The translations under genes were made by a program, and so were the position numbers. The notes beneath the pieces were generated by a model. The model did no database searches. It was given only the letters and a program-made list of their open reading frames with translations, and was not told the origin of the DNA. Source: Eledone cirrhosa (Eukaryota). From it: DNA of 64,000 nucleotides. Positions 12,110-27,785 of this stretch are shown here, one piece after another. Numbering within the stretch: position 1 is the first letter of the stretch; every line of letters starts with the position of its first letter. Where the stretch lies: positions 11,594,001 to 11,658,000 of the forward strand of contig OZ024763.1 of assembly GCA_964016885.1 (NCBI GenBank), read 5' to 3'.

Positions 12110-12417
12110 TGTGTGTGAGAGTGTGTATAATTGTATAGGACATAATGTGGCAACGGCAAATGAATGTTACAAGAATGAGTCAGTCGAACTCCCACTGTCA
12201 TCGGCTCCATCTCTCTCGCCCTCCCCATCTCTCTGTATGGTGAGCAAATGCGGGTACCACGTGCTGCCCCCCCCCCCCGCCCCTCTCCACTACAGCCCCG
12301 GTGGACAGAATGGAGAAGACGTTTTCCCCGAAGGATGGTAAGGGAGATGGCGCTGTAAGAGCCATTCCAACTGGCGAGGACCACAGCTGCGGCCTGGACA
12401 GCTCAGCGCCTAGGGTG
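12110..12417 (-). mobile_element. CRE-clade non-LTR retrotransposon 3' end with probable 3' UTR
   Basis: Minus strand with frameshifts: LGAELSR-RSCGPRQLEWLLQR-ISLTILRG-NVFSILSTG, i.e. the WLxQRISxAIxRGNA C-terminal motif. Confidence 0.78.
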
Positions 12418-12449
12418 CTGGAAATACAAAATAACAAGAAAGGGATTGG

Positions 12450-12640
12450 ATGTTACGACCCTTTACGTTCTGAGTAACGTAAAGTTATGACCCTTTACGT
12501 TCTTTCAAATCCTGCCGAGGTTAGCTTTGCCTTACGGAGTCGATAAAATAAAGTACCAGTCACGCACTGGGGTGAATTTAATCGACTTTCTCCTTCCCCC
12601 AAATTGTTGGTCTTGTGCCTAGAGTAGAAACTATTATTAT
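12450..12640 (+). mobile_element. tRNA-derived SINE, partial, with Meta/MESC-like central domain
   Basis: TTCAAATCCTGCCGAGGTTAGCTTTGCC..GTCGATAAAATAAAGTACCAG..TTGTGCCTAGAGTAGAAAC; related copies at 50925-51159, 51558-51830, 54345-54570. Confidence 0.85.
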
Positions 12641-14550
12641 TGTTTATGTTGTTGTTATTGTTGTTACTGCAGTTGCTGCTGCTGCTGTTGTTGTCGTTAC
12701 TATTGTCATTGTTGTTACTGTTGTTTTGATGTTACTGTTGTTGTTACTGTTGTTACTGTTGTTTTGATGTTACTGTTGCTGTTGTTACTGTTGTTGTTGT
12801 TACTGTTGTTGTTGGTAGTGATGTTAATGTTGCTGTTGTTACTGTAGTTGTTGTTGTTGTTACTGTTGTTGTTGTTGTTGTTGTTGACACTGCTGTCACA
12901 GCTGTTATTGTTCACACTGCTGCTATTGTTGTTGTTGACACTGCTGTTGTTGTTGACACTGCTGCTATTGTTGTTGTTGACACTGCTGTCACTGCTGTTA
13001 TTGTTGACACTGCTGCTATTGTTGTTGTTGACACTGCTGCTATTGTTGTTGTTGATACTGCTGTCACTGCTGTTGTTGTTGACACTGCTGTCACTGTTGT
13101 TGTTGTTGACACTGCTGCTATTGTTGCTGTTGACACTGCTGTCACTGCTGTTATTGTTGACACTGCTGCTATTGTTGTTGTTGACACTGCTGTCACTGCT
13201 GTTGTTGTTGACACTGCTGCTATTGTTGTTGTTGACACTGCTATCACTGCTGTTGTTGTTGACACTGCTGCTATTGTTGTTGTTGACACTGCTGTCACTG
13301 CTGTTATTGTTGACACTGCTGCTATTGTTGTTGTTGACACTGCTGTCACTGCTGTTATTGTTGACACTGCTGCTATTGTTGTTGTTGACACTGCTGTCAA
13401 TGCTGTTGTTGTTTACACTGCTGCTATTGTTGTTGTTGACACTGCTGTCACTGCTGTTGTTGTTGACACTGCTGCTGTTGTTGACACTGCTGCTGTTGTT
13501 GACACTGCTGCTATTGTTGTTGTTGACACTGCTGTCACTGCTGTTATTGTTGACACTGCTGCTATTGTTGTTGTTGACACTGCTGTCAATGCTGTTATTG
13601 TTGACACTGCTGCTATTGTTGTTGTTGACACTGCTGTCACTGCTGTTGTTGTTGACACTGCTGCTATTGTTGTTGTTGACACTGCTATCACTGCTGTTGT
13701 TGTTGACACTGCTGCTATTGTTGTTGTTGACACTGCTGTCACTGCTGTTATTGTTGACACTGCTGCTATTGTTGTTGTTGACACTGCTGTCACTGCTGTT
13801 ATTGTTGACACTGCTGCTATTGTTGTTGTTGACACTGCTGTCAATGCTGTTGTTGTTTACACTGCTGCTATTGTTGTTGTTGACACTGCTGTCACTGCTG
13901 TTGTTGTTGACACTGCTGCTATTGTTGTTGTTGTTGACACTGATGTCACTGCTGTTGTTGTTGACACTGCTGCTGTTGTTGACACTGCTGCTATTGTTGT
14001 TGTTGACACTGCTGTCACTGCTGTTGTTGTTGACACTGCTGTCACTGCTGTTATTGTTGACACTGCTGCTATTGTTGTTGTTGACACTGCTGTTGTTGTT
14101 GACACTGCTGCTATTGTTGTTGTTGACACTGCTGTCACTGCTGTTGTTGTTGACACTGCTGTCACTGTTGTTGTTGTTGACACTGCTGTCACTGCTGTTG
14201 TTGTTGACACTGCTGCTATTGTTGTTGTTGACACTGCTGCTATTGTTGTTGTTGTCACTGCTGCTGTTGTTGACACTGCTGCTATTGTTGTTGTCACTGC
14301 TGTTGTTGTTGACACTGCTGCTATTGTTGTTGTTGACACTGCTGCTGTTGTTGACACTGCTGCTGTTGTTGACACTGCTGCTGTTGTTGACACTGCTGCT
14401 ATTATTGTTGTTGTCACTGCTGTTGTTGTTGACACTGCTGCTATTGTTGTTGTCACTGCTGTTGTTGTTGTTGTTGACACTGCTGTCACTGCTGTTGTTG
14501 TTATTGTTGACACTGCTGTCACTGCTGCTGTTGTTGTTGTTATTGTTATG
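12640..14550. repeat. (GTT/GCT) triplet-derived minisatellite (GACACTGCTGCTATTGTTGTTGTT...)
   Basis: Visible; source of the poly-N/S, poly-L and T/A/V ORFs. Confidence 0.95.
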
Positions 14551-14779
14551 ATAACTATTCCTCTTGTCAAAATATTTATCTTCACGTTTGTCATTCCTAT
14601 TCTCTACCAAACCACACAAACACGAACTCACCTCAATCATAGATAAATACATTGATATATGAATACATTAATACATTAACATATTAATATATGAATATAT
14701 TATCATATGAATATATTAATAAATTAACATATAATACTTAAAATATAGTTGTTACTTCCTCACAAATCTCTCACAAAAT

Positions 14780-17700
14780 TGGTGGAAGGTGGTGGTGGAG
14801 TTGGTGGCTGTGGTATATGTGGTGGAGTGTTGGTGATGGTGGTGGAGTTGGTGGTTGTGGTATATGTGGTGGAGTGTTGTTGATGGTGGTGGAGTTGGTG
14901 GTTGTGGTATATGTGGTGGAGTGTTGGTGGTGGAGTTGGTGGTTGTGGTATATGTGGTGGAGTGTTGTTGATGGTGGTGGTGGTGGAGTTGGTGGTTGTG
15001 GTATATGTGGTGGAGTGTTGGTGGTGGAGTTGGTGGTTGTGGTATATGTGATGGAGTGATGGTGGTGGTGGAGTTGGTGGTTGTGGTATGTGTGGTGGAG
15101 TGTTGGTGATGGCGGTGGTGGTGGAGTTGGTGGTTGTGGTATATGTGGTGGAGTGTTGGTGGTGGAGTTGGTGGTTGTGGTATATATGGTGGAGTGTTGT
15201 TGATGGTGGTGGAGTTGGTGGTTGTGGTATATGTGGTGGAGTGTTGGTGGTGGTGGAGTTGGTGGTTATGGTATATGTGGTGGAGTGATGGTGGTGGAGT
15301 TGGTGGTTGTGGTATATGTGGTGGAGTGTTGGTGGTGGAGTTGGTGGTTGTGGTATATGTGGTGGAGTGTTGTTGATGGTGGTGGTGGTGGAGTTGGTGG
15401 TTGTGGTATATGTGGTGGAGTGTTGGTGATGGTGGTGGAGTTGGTGGTTGTGGTATATGTGGTGGAGTGATGGTGGTGGTGGAGTTGGTGGTTGTGGTAT
15501 GTGTGGTGGAGTGTTGGTGATGGCGGTGGTGGTGGAGTTGGTGGTTGTGGTATATGTGGTGGAGTGTTGGTGGTGGAGTTGGTGGTTGTGGTATATATGG
15601 TGGAGTGTTGTTGATGGTGGTGGAGTTGGTGGTTGTGGTATATGTGGTGGAGTGTTGGTGGTGGTGGAGTTGGTGGTTGTGGTATATGTGGTGGAGTGAT
15701 GGTGGTGGAGTTGGTGGTTGTGGTATATGTGGTGGAGTGTTGGTGGTGGAGTTGGTGGTTGTGGTATATATGGTGGAGTGTTGTTGATGGTGGTGGAGTT
15801 GGTGGTTGTGGTATATGTGGTGGAGTGTTGGTGGTGGTGGGGTTGGTGGTTGTGGTATATGTGGTGGAGTGTTGGTGGTGGAGTTGATGGTTGTGGTATA
15901 TGTGGTGGAGTGTTGGTGATGGTGGTAGTGGTGGAGTTGGTGGTTGTGGTATATGTGGTGGAGTGTTGACGGTGGTGGTGGAGTTGGTGGTTGTGGTGGA
16001 GTGTTGGTGATGGCGGTGGTGGTGGAGTTGGTGGTTGTGGTATATGTGGTGGAGTGTTGGTGGTGGTGGTGGAGTTGATGGTTGTGGTATATGTGGTGGA
16101 GTGTTGGTGGTGGTGGTGGAGTTGGTGGTTGTGGTATATGTGGTGGAGTGTTGATGGTGGTGGTGGAGTTGGTGGTTGTGGTATATGTGGTGGAGTGTTG
16201 GTGATGATGGTGGTGGTGGTGGTGGTATATGTGGTGGAGTTTTGGCGGTGGTGGTATATGTGGTGGAGTTTTGGCGGTGGTGGTGGAGTTGGTGGTTGTG
16301 ATATATGTGGTGGAGTATTGGTGGTGGTGGTGGAGTCGGTGGTTGTGGTATATGTGGTGGAGTGTTGGTGGTGGAGTCGGTGGTTGTGGTATATGTGGTG
16401 GAGTATTGTTGGTGGAGTTGGTGGTTGTGGTATATGTGGTGGAGTGTTGGTGGTGGTGGAGTTGGTGGTTGTGGTATATGTGGTGGAGTTTTGGTGGTGG
16501 TGGAGTTGGTGGTTGTGGTATATGTGGTGGAGTGTTGGTGGTGGTGGTGGTGGTGGAGTCGGTGGTTGTGGTATATGTGGTGGAGTATTGTTAGTGGTTG
16601 TGGTATATGTGGTGGAGTGTTGGTGGTGGAGTTGGTGGTTGTGGTATATGTGGTGGAGTGTTGGTGGTGGTGGTGGTGGAGTCGGTGGTTGTGGTATATG
16701 TGGTGGAGTGTTGTTGGTGGTTGTGGTATATGTAGTGGAGTGTTGTTGGTGGTTGTGGTATATGTGGTGGAGTATTGTTGGTGGAGTTGGTGGTTGTGGT
16801 ATATGTGGTGGAGTGTTGGTGGTGGAGTTGGTGGTTGTGGTATATGTGGTGGAGTGTTGGTGGAGTTGGTGGTTGTGGTATATGTGGTGGAGTTTTGGTG
16901 GTGGTGGAGTTGGTGGTTGTGGTATATGTGGTGGAGTGTTGGTGGTGGTGGAGTCGGTGGTTGTGGTATATGTGGTGGAGTATTGTTGGTGGTGGAGTTG
17001 GTGGTTGTGGTATATGTGGTGGAGTGTTGGTGGTGGAGTTGGTGGTTGTGGTATATGTGGTGGAGTGTTGGTGGTGGTGGAGTCGGTGGTTGTGGTATAT
17101 GTGGTGGAGTGTTGTTGGTGGTTGTGGTATATGTAGTGGAGTGTTGTTGGTGGTTGTGGTATATGTAGGGGAGTGTTGGTGGTGGAGTTGGTGGTTGTGG
17201 TATATGTGGTGGAGTGTTGGTGGTGGTGGATTCGGTGGTTGTGGTATATGTGGTGGAGTGTTGGTGGTGGAGTCGGTGGTTGTGGTATATGTGGTGGAGT
17301 GTTGTTGGTGGTTGTGGTATATGTGGTGGAGTATTGTTGGTGGTTGTGGTATATGTAGGGGAGTGTTGGTGGTGGAGTTGGTGGTTGTGGTATATGTGGT
17401 GGAGTGTTGGTGGTGGTGGATTCGGTGGTTGTGGTATATGTGGTGGAGTGTTGTTGGTGGTTGTGGTATATGTAGTGGAGTTTTGGTGGTGGTGGAGTTG
17501 GTGGTTGTGGTATATGTGGTGGAGTGTTGGTGGAGTTGGTGGTTGTGGTATATGTGGTGGAGTGTTGGTGGTGGTGGTGGTGGAGTCGGTGGTTGTGGTA
17601 TATGTGGTGGAGTGTTGGTGGTGGAGTTGGTGGAGTCGGTGGTTGTGGTATATGTGGTGGAGTATTGTTGGTGGTTGTGGTATATGTAGTGGAGTGTTGG

Positions 17701-18020
17701 TGGTGGAGTTGGTGGTTGTGGTATATGTGGTGGAGTGTTGGTGGTGGAGTTGGTGGTTGTGGTATATGTGGTGGAGTGTTGGTGGTGGAGTTGGTGGTGT
17801 TAGTGGTTGTGCTGATGGTTGCTGTTGTTGTTGTGGTGGTGATGGTGGTGAAGGTGATAGTGGTATGGAGGTAGTGGTAGTGGTGTTTGTGGTGGTGGTT
17901 TGGAGTGGTGATGGTGGTGGTGGTTTGGTAGTGGTGGTGGTTTGGTGGTGGTGGTGTTAGTTTGGTGGTGGGGGTGGTGGTTGTGTGGTGGTGGTTTGGT
18001 GGTGGTGGTGATCGTGGTGT
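14780..18020. repeat. (GGT)-derived ~32-47 bp minisatellite (GGAGTTGGTGGTTGTGGTATATGTGGTGGAGTGTT(GGT)n)
   Basis: Visible; unit length varies by GGT steps. Confidence 0.95.
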
Positions 18021-18044
18021 CATGCTGTGGTTGTTTCGCCATTT

Positions 18045-18482
18045 GCATACACACAACACACACAACACACATTCACTGACATAAACAAAACACACACACA
18101 CACACTCAGGCTCACACACATACATATGAAGAGTCGCTCACACATACACACATACACATTGACATATATACAAAGACATACAGTTGCAGACACACTGCCC
18201 CACATACAAACACACACACACAGGTTCATACACATATGAAGAGGCACACACACATACAGGCATGACATAAACAGATAAACATATAAACATACACATACCC
18301 AGTCACATATCGACACATATATATATATACACACAGACACACACACACATATATATATATACACACATATATATACAGACACACACACATATATACATAT
18401 ATATATATATAGAGAGAGAGACACACACATATATATATATACACACATATATATATATACACAGACACACATATATATACAG

Positions 18483-18538
<56 letters not shown>

Positions 18539-18860
18539 GCATTTATATATAGACACACACACATAGATATATATATATACACACACATATATATATAGAC
18601 ACGCATATATATATATATATAGACACACACATATATATATATAGACACACACACACATACACACACATATACATAGGCACACATACACACATACACATAG
18701 ACACACATACACACACATATACATAGGCACACATACACACATATACATAGACACACATACACACACATATATACACATATACACACACACACACACATAT
18801 ACATAGACACACATACACATATACATAGACACACACACACGTAGACACACATACGCATAC
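18045..18860. repeat. (CA)/(TA) compound microsatellite
   Basis: Visible. Confidence 0.9.
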
Positions 18861-18909
18861 ACAGTGACATACAGAGTGCCAGGTACATTAAAGTGTGTAA
18901 AGGTGAAAC

Positions 18910-21900
18910 TAACAACATCAATAACAACAACAACAATAATAGCATCAACATAAAATCAAAAACCATTAAAGACTACAACAACAACAACAAAAGCAGCAAC
19001 AACATCAACATCAACAACAACAACAATAACAATAGCATCAACAACAACAACAATAACAACAGCAACAACAATAACAATAACAATAACAATAACAATAACA
19101 ACAGCAACAACAATAACAATAACAGCAACAACAACAATAACAACAGCAACAACAATAACAACAATAACAACAATAACATCAACAGCAACAACAATAACAT
19201 CAACAATAACAACAACATCAATAACAACAGCAACAACAATAACATCAACAATAACAACATCAATAACATCAATAACAACATCAACAACAATAACAACAAT
19301 AACAACAACAATAACAGCATCAACAACATAAAAACAAAAACCATTAAAGACTACAATAGCAACAATAACATAAAAATGGCAGCAATAACAACAACATCAC
19401 CAATGACCTCAATAATAACAACAACAGCAACAATAACAGCAACTCTCACCACCACCACCACCACCACTACCACTACCAATAACACCAACACCATCACCAC
19501 CACCACCACTACCACTACCAATAACACCAACACCATCACCACCACTACCACCACCACTACCAACAACACCATCACCACCACCACCACTACCACTACCAAC
19601 AACACCAACACCATCACCACCACTACCACCACCACCACCACCACTACCAACAACACCATCACCACCACTACCAACAACACCAACACCATCACCACCACTA
19701 CCACCACCACTACCACCAACACCATCACCACCACCACCACTACCACTACCAACAACACCACCACCACCACTACCACTACCAACAACACCACCACCACCAC
19801 TACCACTACCAACAACACCACCACCACCACTACCACTACCAACAACACCATCACCACCACTACCACCACCACTACCAACAACACCAACACCATCACCACC
19901 ACTACCACCACCACTACCACCAACACCATCACCACCACCACCACTACCACTACCAACAACACCACCACCACCACTACCACTACCAACAACACCATCACCA
20001 CCACTACCACCACCACTACCAACAACACCAACACCATCACACCACTACCACCACCACTACCAACAACACCAATACCATCACCACCACCACCACTACCACT
20101 ACCAACAACACCACCACTACCACTACCAACAACACCATCACACCACTACCACCACCACTACCAACAACACCAACACCATCACCACCACCACCACTACCAC
20201 TACCAACAACACCACCACCACCACTACCACTACCAACAACACCACCACCACCACTACCACTACCAACAACACCATCACCACCACTACCACCACCACGACC
20301 AACAACACCAACACCATCACCACCACCACCACTACCACTACCAACAACACCAACACCATTACCACCACTACCAACAACACCAACACCATCACCACCACTA
20401 CTAACAACACCATCACCACTACCAACACTACCACCACTACCAACACTACCACTACCAACACTACCACCACCATCACCACTACCACCACCACCACCACCAC
20501 TACCACCACCAACACCACCACCACCACTACCACCACCAACACCACCACCACCACTACCACCAACACCACTACCACCACCAACACCACCACTACCACCACC
20601 ACTACCACCACCACCACTACCACTACCACCACCACCACCACCACCACCACCACTACCACCACCACCACCACCACCACCACCACCACCACCACCACCACCA
20701 CCACCACTACCACCACCACCACCACCACCACCACTACCACCACCACCACCACTACCACCACCACCACTACCACCACCACCACTACCACCACCACCACCAT
20801 CACTACCACCACCACCATCACTACCACCACCACCACCACCACTACCACCACCACCACCACCACCACCACCACCACTACCACCACCACCACTACCACTACC
20901 ACTACCACCACCACCACCACCACCACTACCACTACCACCACCACCACCACCACCACCACCACTACCACCACCACCACCACCACCACCACCACCACCACTA
21001 CCACCACCACCACCACCACCACCACCACCACTACCACCACCACCACTACCACCACCACCACTACCACTACCACCACCACCACCATCACTACCACCACCAC
21101 CACCACTACCACCACCACCACCACTACCACCACCACCACTACCACTACCACCACCACCACCACCACCACTACTAACAACACCATCACCACTACCAACACT
21201 ACCACCACTACCAACACTACCACTACCAACACTACCACCACCATCACCACTACCACCACCACCACCACCACTACCACCACCAACACCACCACCACCACTA
21301 CCACCACCACCACTACCACCACCAACACCACCACCACCACCACCACCACCACTACCACTACCACCACCACCACCACCACCACTACCACCACCACCACTAC
21401 CACCACCACCACCACCACTACCACCACCAACACCACCACCACCACTACCACCACCACCACTACCACTACCACCACCACCACCACCACTACCACCACCACC
21501 ACTACCACCACCACCACTACCACCACCACCACTACCACCACCACCACCACCACCACCACCACCACCACCACCACCACCACCACCACCACCACCACCACTA
21601 CCACCACCACCACCACCACCACCACCACCACTACCACCACCACCACTACCACCACCACCACTACCACCACCACCACCACCACCACCACCACCACCACCAC
21701 CACTACCACCACCACCACTACCACCACCACCACCACTACCACCACCACCACTACCACTACCACCACCACCACCACCACCACCACCACCACCACCACTACC
21801 ACCACCACCACCACCACCACCACCACCACCACCACCATCACCACCACCACCACTACCACCACCACCACCACCACCACCACTACCACCACCACCACTACCA

Positions 21901-23993
21901 CCACCACCACTACCACCACCACCACTACCACCACCACCACTACCACCACCACCACTACCACCACCACCACTACCACCACCACCACTACCACCACCAACAC
22001 CACCACCACCACTACCACCACCACCACTACCACTACCACCACACCACCACCACTACCACCACCACCACTACCACCACCACCACCACCACTACCACCACCA
22101 ACACCACCACCACCAACACCACCACCACCACTACCACCACCACCACTACCACCACCACCACTACCACCACCACCACTACCACCACCACCACTACCACCAC
22201 CACCACTACCACTACCACCACTACCACCACTACCACCACCACCACCACCACCACCACTACCACCACCACCACTACCACCACCACCACCACCACCACCACC
22301 ACCACTACCACCACCACCACCACCACCACCACCACCACCAGTACCACCACCACCACCACCACCACTACCACCACCACCACCACCACCACCACTACCACCA
22401 CCACCACTACCACCACTACCACCACCACCACTACCACCACCACCACTACCACCACCACCACTACCACCACCACCACTACCACCACCACCACTACCACCAC
22501 CACCACCACCACTACCACCACCAACACCACCACCACCACTACCACCACCACCACTACCACCACCACCACCACCACTACCACCACCAACACCACCACCACC
22601 ACTACCACCACCATCACCACCACCACCACTACCACCACCACCACCACCACCACCACTACCACCACCACCACTACCACCACCACCACTACCACCACCACCA
22701 CTACCACCACCAACACCACCACCACCACTACCACCACCACCACTACCACTACCACCACCACCACCACCACTACCACCACCACCACTACCACCACCACCAC
22801 CACCACTACCACCACCAACACCACCACCACCACTACCACCACCACCACTACCACCACCACCACTACCACCACCACCACTACCACCACCACCACTACCACC
22901 ACCACCACTACCACCACCACCACCACCACCACTACCACCACCACCACCACCACCACCACCACCACCACCACCACTACCACCACCACCACCACCACCACCA
23001 CCACTACCACCACCACCACTACCACCACCACCACTACCACCACCACCACCACCACCACCACTACCACCACCACCACTACCACTACCACCACCACCACTAC
23101 CACCACCACCACCACCACCACCACCACCACTACCACCACCACCACCACTACCACCACTACCACCACCACCACCACCACCACCACCACCACCACCACCACC
23201 ACCACCACTACCACCACCACCACCACTACCACTACCACCACTACCACCACCACCACTACCACCACCACCACCACCACCACCACTACCACCACCACCACCA
23301 CCACCACCACCACTACCAACAACACCATCACCACCACCACCACCACCACCACCACCACCACCACCACCACCACTACCACCACCACCACCACTACCAACAA
23401 CACCATCACCACCACCACCACTACCACCACCACCACCACTACCACCACCACCACCACCACCACCACTACCACCACCACCACCACCACCACCACTACCACC
23501 ACCACCACCACTACCAACAACACCATCACCACCACCACCACTACCACCACCACCACTACCACCACCACCACTACCACCACCACCACTACCACCACCACTA
23601 CCACCACCACCACCACCACCACCACTACCACCACCACCACCACTACCAACAACACCATCACCACCACCACCACTACCACCACCACCACTACCACCACCAC
23701 CACTACCACCACCACCACCACCACCACCACTACCACCACCACCACCACCACCACCACTACCACCACCACCACCACTACCAACAACACCATCACCACCACC
23801 ACCACTACCACCACCACTACCACCACCACCACCACCACCACCACTACCACCACCACCACCACTACCAACAACACCATCACCACCACCACCACTACCACCA
23901 CCACCACTACCACCACCACCACTACCACCACCACCACTACCATCACTACCACCACCACCATCACTACCACCACCACCACTACCACCACCACCA
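18910..23993. repeat. (AAC/AAT)n tract (18910-19440) followed by a ~4.5 kb (ACC/ACT)n tract
   Basis: Visible; source of poly-N, poly-T and poly-V ORFs. Confidence 0.97.
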
Positions 23994-24049
23994 CAGCGAC
24001 CAGTTAAAATGTCATTACAATATTACAATAATTAGCTTTGATAGTTGCC

Positions 24050-24099
24050 AAGCAACAGTAGCAGGCGCCAGATCCTGTCTAAATTCACAGCAGCAGCAA

Positions 24100-24147
<48 letters not shown>

Positions 24148-25362
24148 CAGTAACAACAACAGCAGCAGCTGCAGTTGCAACAGCTGCAGTAACAACAGCA
24201 GCAACAGTAGCAGGCGCCTGATCATGTCCAAATTCACAGCAGCAGCAACAAGGACAGCAACAGCAGCAGCAGCAGTAACAACAACAGAAGGAACAGCAGA
24301 GGCAACAGCAACAGAAGCAACAGCAATAGCAATACAAGCAGCAACCACGAATGCTGCAACAACTGGAACAGTAACAACAACAGTAACAACAACAGTAACA
24401 ACAACAGTAACAACAAGAACAGTAACAACAACAAGAACAGTAACAACAACAACAAGAACAGTAACAACAACAGTAACAACAACAGTAACAACAACAGTAA
24501 CAACAAGAACAGTAACAACAAGAACAGTAACAACAACAACAAGAACAGTAACAACAACAGTAACAACAAGAACAGTAACAACAACAACAAGAACAGTAAC
24601 AACAACAACAAGAACAGTAACAACAACAGTAACAACAAGAACAGTAACAACAACAAGAACAGTAACAACGACAACAGTAACAACTGGAACAACAACTGGA
24701 ACAGTAACAACAACAGTAACAACAGTAACAACAACAACAGTAACAACAACTGGAACAACTGGAACAACAGTAACAAGAACAGTAACAACAACAGTAACAA
24801 CAAGAACAGTAACAACAACAAGAACAGTAACAACGACAACAGTAACAACTGGAACAACAACTGGAACAGTAACAACAACAGTAACAACAGTAACAACAAC
24901 AACAGTAACAACAACAGTAACAACAACAACAGTAACAACAACTGGAACAACTGGAACAACAGTAACAAGAACAGTAACAACAACAACAAGAACAGTAACA
25001 ACAACAGTAACAAGAACAGTAACAACAACAACAAGAACAGTAACAACAACAGTAACAACAAGAACAGTAACAACAACAAGAACAGTAACAACGACAACAG
25101 TAACAACTGGAACAACTGGAACAACAACAGTAACAACAACAACTGGAACAACAACTGGAACAACAATAACAGTAACAACAACAGTAACAACAACAACAAC
25201 AGTAACAACAACAGTAACAACAGTAACAAGAACAGTAACAACAAGAACAGTAACAACAACAACAAGAACAGTAACAACAAGAACAGTAACAACAACAACA
25301 ACAACAACAGTAACAACAACAAGAACAGTAACAACGACAAGAACAGTAATAACAACAGTAAC
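24050..25362. repeat. (AGC)/(AAC) triplet-derived repeat (ACAGTAACAACA..)
   Basis: Visible; starts with two copies of AGCAACAGTAGCAGGCGCCWGATCMTGTCYAAATTCACAGCAGC. Confidence 0.93.
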
Positions 25363-25629
25363 AGGACATTTGCAACGACACTGTTTCTGTGTGAAAGAGA
25401 GGCAGAGTGAAAGAGTGAGAGAGAGAGTAAGAGACAGAGTGATAAAATGGTAGAGAAAGAGAGAGAAAAGGTGAGAGAGATAATACTTGATATTGAAAGA
25501 ATTAGAAATAGAGAGAGGGTGAGAAAGAGAATGAGGAGTGAAAGATAGAGAGCGAGAGAGAGATAATGCATGATATATATAGAGAGAGGGGAAGAGAAGT
25601 CTGCGTATGAACATGTACTGAATGCATTC

Positions 25630-26480
25630 CACTGTATATGTGTGTGTACGTATATGTGTGTGTACGTATGCGTGTGTGTGTGTGTGTGTGTACGTGTGTG
25701 CGTGTGTGTATATGACTGTGTGTGTGTACGTATGTGTCTGTACGTATGTGTATATGTATGTATGTGTGTATATGTATGTGTGTGTACGTATATGTGTGTA
25801 CATATATGTGTGTGTACGTATATGTGTCTGTACGTATGTGTGTATATGTATGTGTGTGTACATATATATGTGTGTACATATAAGTGTGTGTACGTACGTG
25901 TGTGTGTGTGTGTGTGCGCGCGCGCGCATATATGTACGTTTGTGTGTGTTTGCTCATGTGTATCACTGCAATTGGTTGAGGCTTAAGTGCATGCCGTTGC
26001 ACATCACACACAGATGCTGCACACATTCATTCATACAGACAGGTGCAGATACAGCACACATATACACAGAGAACAACTCCACACACACAGGGATACACCG
26101 CAAATGCAAACATACATGCACACACACACACACACACAGACACCCACGCACTGACACGTTCACACTCACATATACACCCACACACTGATACACATACACA
26201 CACACACATACTCACGCACACAGATACTCACGCACACAGACACCCATGCACTAACACACGTTCATACACACATACACGGACACACACACACACGCACACA
26301 GATACACGCACACAGACACCCACGCACGGACACGCTCACACACACTGGCTCATACACACTGACACACGCTCACACACACAGACACACACGCACGGACACG
26401 CTAACACACTGACACACACATAGACACCCATGCACTGACACACGCTCACACACACACACACTGACACACACTGACACAGA
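25630..26480. repeat. (GT)-rich then (CA)-rich microsatellites around a short unique island
   Basis: Visible; strand switch at ~25950-26050. Confidence 0.85.
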
Positions 26481-26840
26481 CCTACATGATACGTGTGTAA
26501 TATGTATTTATTGTGAGTCCCACAGGTAGATGAAGTTTCACTCCTGTTGCCATAATAAACTCAATACAACTGCTCCTTATTACAATAATGTAGTTATAAT
26601 TAGCTTACTTAGCGCTCCTCTGCTCAATCTCTTATCTACTCTTGCCTCTGTCAATCTCTATGTAATGTTGTTTTAATATGTTTATGTAGCCGTATGTTGA
26701 GTCATAGCACCTCCACCCTTTCTAATGTTGAGCACTCTCTTCTGTAGATAAATGGTTATGTTTGCATTGTGATGTATTTTGATTTCCATCTCGAAAATAT
26801 GCCTTTATCTGTGTGTGTGTGTGATTGTAAGTAGGTGTAA

Positions 26841-26890
<50 letters not shown>

Positions 26891-26895
<5 letters not shown>

Positions 26896-27092
26896 AACGA
26901 GTAGGACCCCCGACGGCTGAGCTCAAGCCGTTTCGACGGCTAATTCTGGACTCTGAGTCCAGAATTACCCGTCGAAACGGCTTGAGCTCAGCCGTCGGGG
27001 TCCTGCTCGTTCCTATTACCCACTCTACTACTCTAAGTATTGAGTACTTTGGTGCGTTATGGTCCACCTGGTTCCTTACCACATTTCCTTCG

Positions 27093-27093
<1 letters not shown>
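26891..27093 (+). mobile_element. Fold-back palindrome (62-63 bp arms, 26891-27016) plus tail, probable PLE pseudo-LTR in (TA)n
   Basis: Arms are reverse complements around T26954 with ~3 differences; a related segment at 57325-57370 abuts a PLE endonuclease; (TA)n on both sides. Confidence 0.75.
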
Positions 27094-27142
<49 letters not shown>

Positions 27143-27179
27143 TTCTTTGTGTGCATATATGTATTTTTATGTGTATGTA

Positions 27180-27280
<101 letters not shown>

Positions 27281-27785
27281 CTCTCTGCACTTGTCGTCAC
27301 ATGGTACCATGGGCCCAGCACCATGTGTCAATAATTGTCACAAGTGTAGTGTTTGAACCAGAGTTTTCAAGTCGCTGGCTGGACTAAAAAGTCACACTTG
27401 TTCAGCGCATCGGTAGGGGTTCTCCTACATGGATATAAAGTAGTGGCCGTACTCGAAAACGAGTTGGCAGCCACCATGTATCTATGTGTGTATGTATGTA
27501 TGTATAAATGTTTGTATGTTCAAGCTTTAAATGAATGTACAGTCAATACTGGTGGATAGAGTATAAACATACATTTTCTAAGTAGAAAAGACAGTAACTT
27601 CAAAGTTTCAGCTTCGTCCCTATATATATGCAAAAAGTAAACAAAGCAAACAACACAGTACAATGAAGAAATATATTAGTTTAACGCTTGTTATAGTAGG
27701 AACACGCGTGCTTTTCTCAAAAACAGTTTCCATTCCTTCATCTTCTCACTCTATCTTTTTATTTCATATTTTATTTCTATTTCTA

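Noticed and set aside
12198-12437. Host exon on the minus strand with a strong acceptor at 12418
   Set aside because: Frameshifted translation gives the CRE WLLQRISLTILRGN motif; it is a TE remnant
10226-25929. Long ORFs (590, 645, 1121, 634, 653 aa) as mucin- or antifreeze-like proteins
   Set aside because: Stop-free translations of simple repeats, open in several frames and strands, with no unique domain or splice support
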